Shown: positions 45,530-47,223 of the stretch, piece after piece | Layout of the letters: the number at the start of each line of letters is the position of its first letter | How positions within the stretch are numbered: the first letter of the stretch is position 1 | Source: a virus | Taxonomy: Duplodnaviria > Caudoviricetes | Direction: 5' to 3' (one strand) | DNA: 47,223 nt | Virus record (IMG/VR): IMGVR_UViG_3300032046_000047 | Span: 1-47,223 of that record | Made by a program: the position numbers and the translations under genes | Notes under the pieces: generated by a model | The model's database searches: none | What the model was told of the DNA's origin: nothing | Seen by the model: the letters and a program-made list of their open reading frames with translations, nothing else

Positions 45530-46072
45530 ATGACCTTACCCGACACCATCAGGCGTGAACTTGACATGGATGTCCTCAAGGGGACACCAACGGCGGCCAT
45601 CAAGGAACGATACGGCGTGGACGCGGCTTACATCCGCGTCCGGCGGCATCGCCTCCTCAAGGCCAACGGGAAAGGCCACAACGACCATGGCACAACGGCC
45701 ATTACGCCCGTTTCAAATCATGATACGGTTCCCGCGATGCGCGGCGGCGAACAGGGCCCGCAACGCCCTGTCACGTCGAGAGATGTTGAGGCGGAACTTG
45801 GCAAGCTCTTGAACTCCTACGAGGACATCGAGACGGACCTCAGGCGTCACGGGTCCGCGGCTATCCCCGGCGTCATTGCTTGCATGGGCGAGCGCCGCAA
45901 GACCTTGGAGACCTTGCTCAAGTCCCGCGAGCTTGGAGCGGCCCTGAGCAACGCCCAAGAGCCCGAGGATTGGAGGGCCGAGGTGGGCGAGTTCTACGAT
46001 GCGGTCATGGCCAAGCTCTCGCCCGAGGCCAAGGCCGCCCTCCTCAAGGCGGTCTCGGAGGTCGAGTTGTGA
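45530..46072 (+). CDS. terS: Putative terminase small subunit
   Basis: N-terminal HTH (TAAIKERYGVDAAYIR), helical; stop overlaps the TerL start. Confidence 0.7.
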   Translation: MTLPDTIRRELDMDVLKGTPTAAIKERYGVDAAYIRVRRHRLLKANGKGHNDHGTTAITPVSNHDTVPAMRGGEQGPQRPVTSRDVEAELGKLLNSYEDIETDLRRHGSAAIPGVIACMGERRKTLETLLKSRELGAALSNAQEPEDWRAEVGEFYDAVMAKLSPEAKAALLKAVSEVEL

Positions 46073-47223
46073 CCGCCGCCGCCGTGCGCCACATCGTCCA
46101 ACTCCACCGCCTTGACCGGCTCAGGACGGACCTCGATTATCTTGCGGACATGATTGGGCTCCCCCATCTCCCGCCCCATGCCAAGGAGTTCGCCCGTGTC
46201 ATCAGGGAGAACCAAGCCTCGGGCCATCCGAGCTTGGTCCTCGCCGCCGTTGGCCATCTCAAGAGCACCACGCTCGGGCTCCTCCAACTCCAAGACCTCC
46301 TCGGCCCTGACCCGCACATCCTGTTCGGGTCGAGGTCCTCGGCGGTCGTTGCGTCCACGGGGAATTTCTTGCGCGCCGCCCTCAAGAAAATCTACCCAAC
46401 CGAGATAGACGAGCGGCTCAACGACGAGGGTTATGTGTGGAACTCCACGGCGTTCATGGTCCCCTCATGGCGCTCGGCAACCAAGTTCCCCTCGTGGTTC
46501 GGGGCTCAGTTGGGCACGGCCATCGAGGGCATGAGAGGCAACCGGGGCTATCTCGACGACCCCATCGACCGCAACTCTCAGACATCCGAGGTCTACCGTG
46601 GGCAAGCCTTGGTGTGGTTCAACAACACCTACGCCGCCCGCCTGAACAAGGGCACTCCCCTCGCCGTCATCGGCTCGCCGTGGCATCCTGACGACCTCTA
46701 CATGAACTTGATTGGGCGCGGGTTCGTGTCCCATGTCTACCCGATGCTCAAGACCCCGCGGCCTGACCTGTTCGCCTCGTTCAAGACCGCCAACTACCAC
46801 GGCGAGGAGTACGATTGGTTGTGGCCTGAACAATGGGCGGGCACGGACATGGCCAAACTCATCGCCCTCGTGGGCGGCCATATCCCATTCCAGCAACGGT
46901 ATTTGTGCAATCCCCAAGCCATCCTCGGCTCGCGGTTCAAGCCCCATTGGTTCAAGTTTTGGGACAGCATCCCACCCGAGGTCATGAGCCGCTCGGTCAT
47001 GCGGATGGGTCTTGACCCCGCCACGGGCAAGAAGGACACGGGTTGCCTGACGGCGCTTATCTCGGTCTTGTGGGACGAGGAGACGGGCAAGATTTACGTG
47101 ATGGACACCGTGGGCGAGTTCCTCGACCCCGCCGCCACCCGAGAGCGCACCGTGTTCCTCTACGAGAAATACAAGCACGAGCGCATCCTCATCGAGGACG
47201 TGAACTACCAAGTGGACCTCATC
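46069..47223 (+). CDS. terL: Terminase large subunit, N-terminal part (continues across the junction to the stop at 494; ~504 aa total)
   Basis: Not in the ORF track because there is no stop in the window; GTG overlaps the TerS stop; Walker A-like LAAVGHLKST, Walker B GYLDDP, nuclease start GLDPATG; in frame with ATG at 47101 (= position 12). Confidence 0.92.
   Translation, partial: MTAAAVRHIVQLHRLDRLRTDLDYLADMIGLPHLPPHAKEFARVIRENQASGHPSLVLAAVGHLKSTTLGLLQLQDLLGPDPHILFGSRSSAVVASTGNFLRAALKKIYPTEIDERLNDEGYVWNSTAFMVPSWRSATKFPSWFGAQLGTAIEGMRGNRGYLDDPIDRNSQTSEVYRGQALVWFNNTYAARLNKGTPLAVIGSPWHPDDLYMNLIGRGFVSHVYPMLKTPRPDLFASFKTANYHGEEYDWLWPEQWAGTDMAKLIALVGGHIPFQQRYLCNPQAILGSRFKPHWFKFWDSIPPEVMSRSVMRMGLDPATGKKDTGCLTALISVLWDEETGKIYVMDTVGEFLDPAATRERTVFLYEKYKHERILIEDVNYQVDLI
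47090..47223. repeat. Terminal overlap, copy of 1-134
   Basis: Direct sequence identity with the window start. Confidence 0.95.

Overview
The window is an apparently complete ~47.09 kb genome of a tailed dsDNA virus (HK97-fold, siphovirus-type gene order), assembled as a circle: bases 1-134 repeat at 47090-47223 and split the large terminase gene. The + strand from ~45.5 kb through the junction to 28.3 kb is the packaging and morphogenesis module. The mostly - strand arm (28.4-44.7 kb) carries a tRNA-Gln, a Spo11/TopoVI-A-like protein, a Ycf46-like AAA ATPase, three methyltransferases, DUF5131 and ASCH proteins and many small Zn-ribbon ORFs. TATA-like promoters, a CCA-less tRNA and the lack of an endolysin suggest an archaeal host (inference). 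The most unusual feature is the head cassette at 1.4-10.9 kb. A 1489-aa portal and an 814-aa neighbour carry enzymatic cargo modules (two paralogous zincin proteases and an ADP-ribosyltransferase). Each module starts with the same F-x-A-...-Q-[AP]-R-D-E-x-G-[KR]-W-T tag, the modules are separated by assemblin-like hydrophobic-x-A|S/A sites, and each protease is followed by a paralogous small ORF resembling a cognate inhibitor. Other oddities are a 221-aa tape measure, a tail terminator with three inserted beta-sandwich repeats, an iteron-like array with no recognisable replication genes, several duplicated promoter elements, and apparent motif avoidance matched by the single tRNA. All family assignments come from motif recognition by eye, not database searches.
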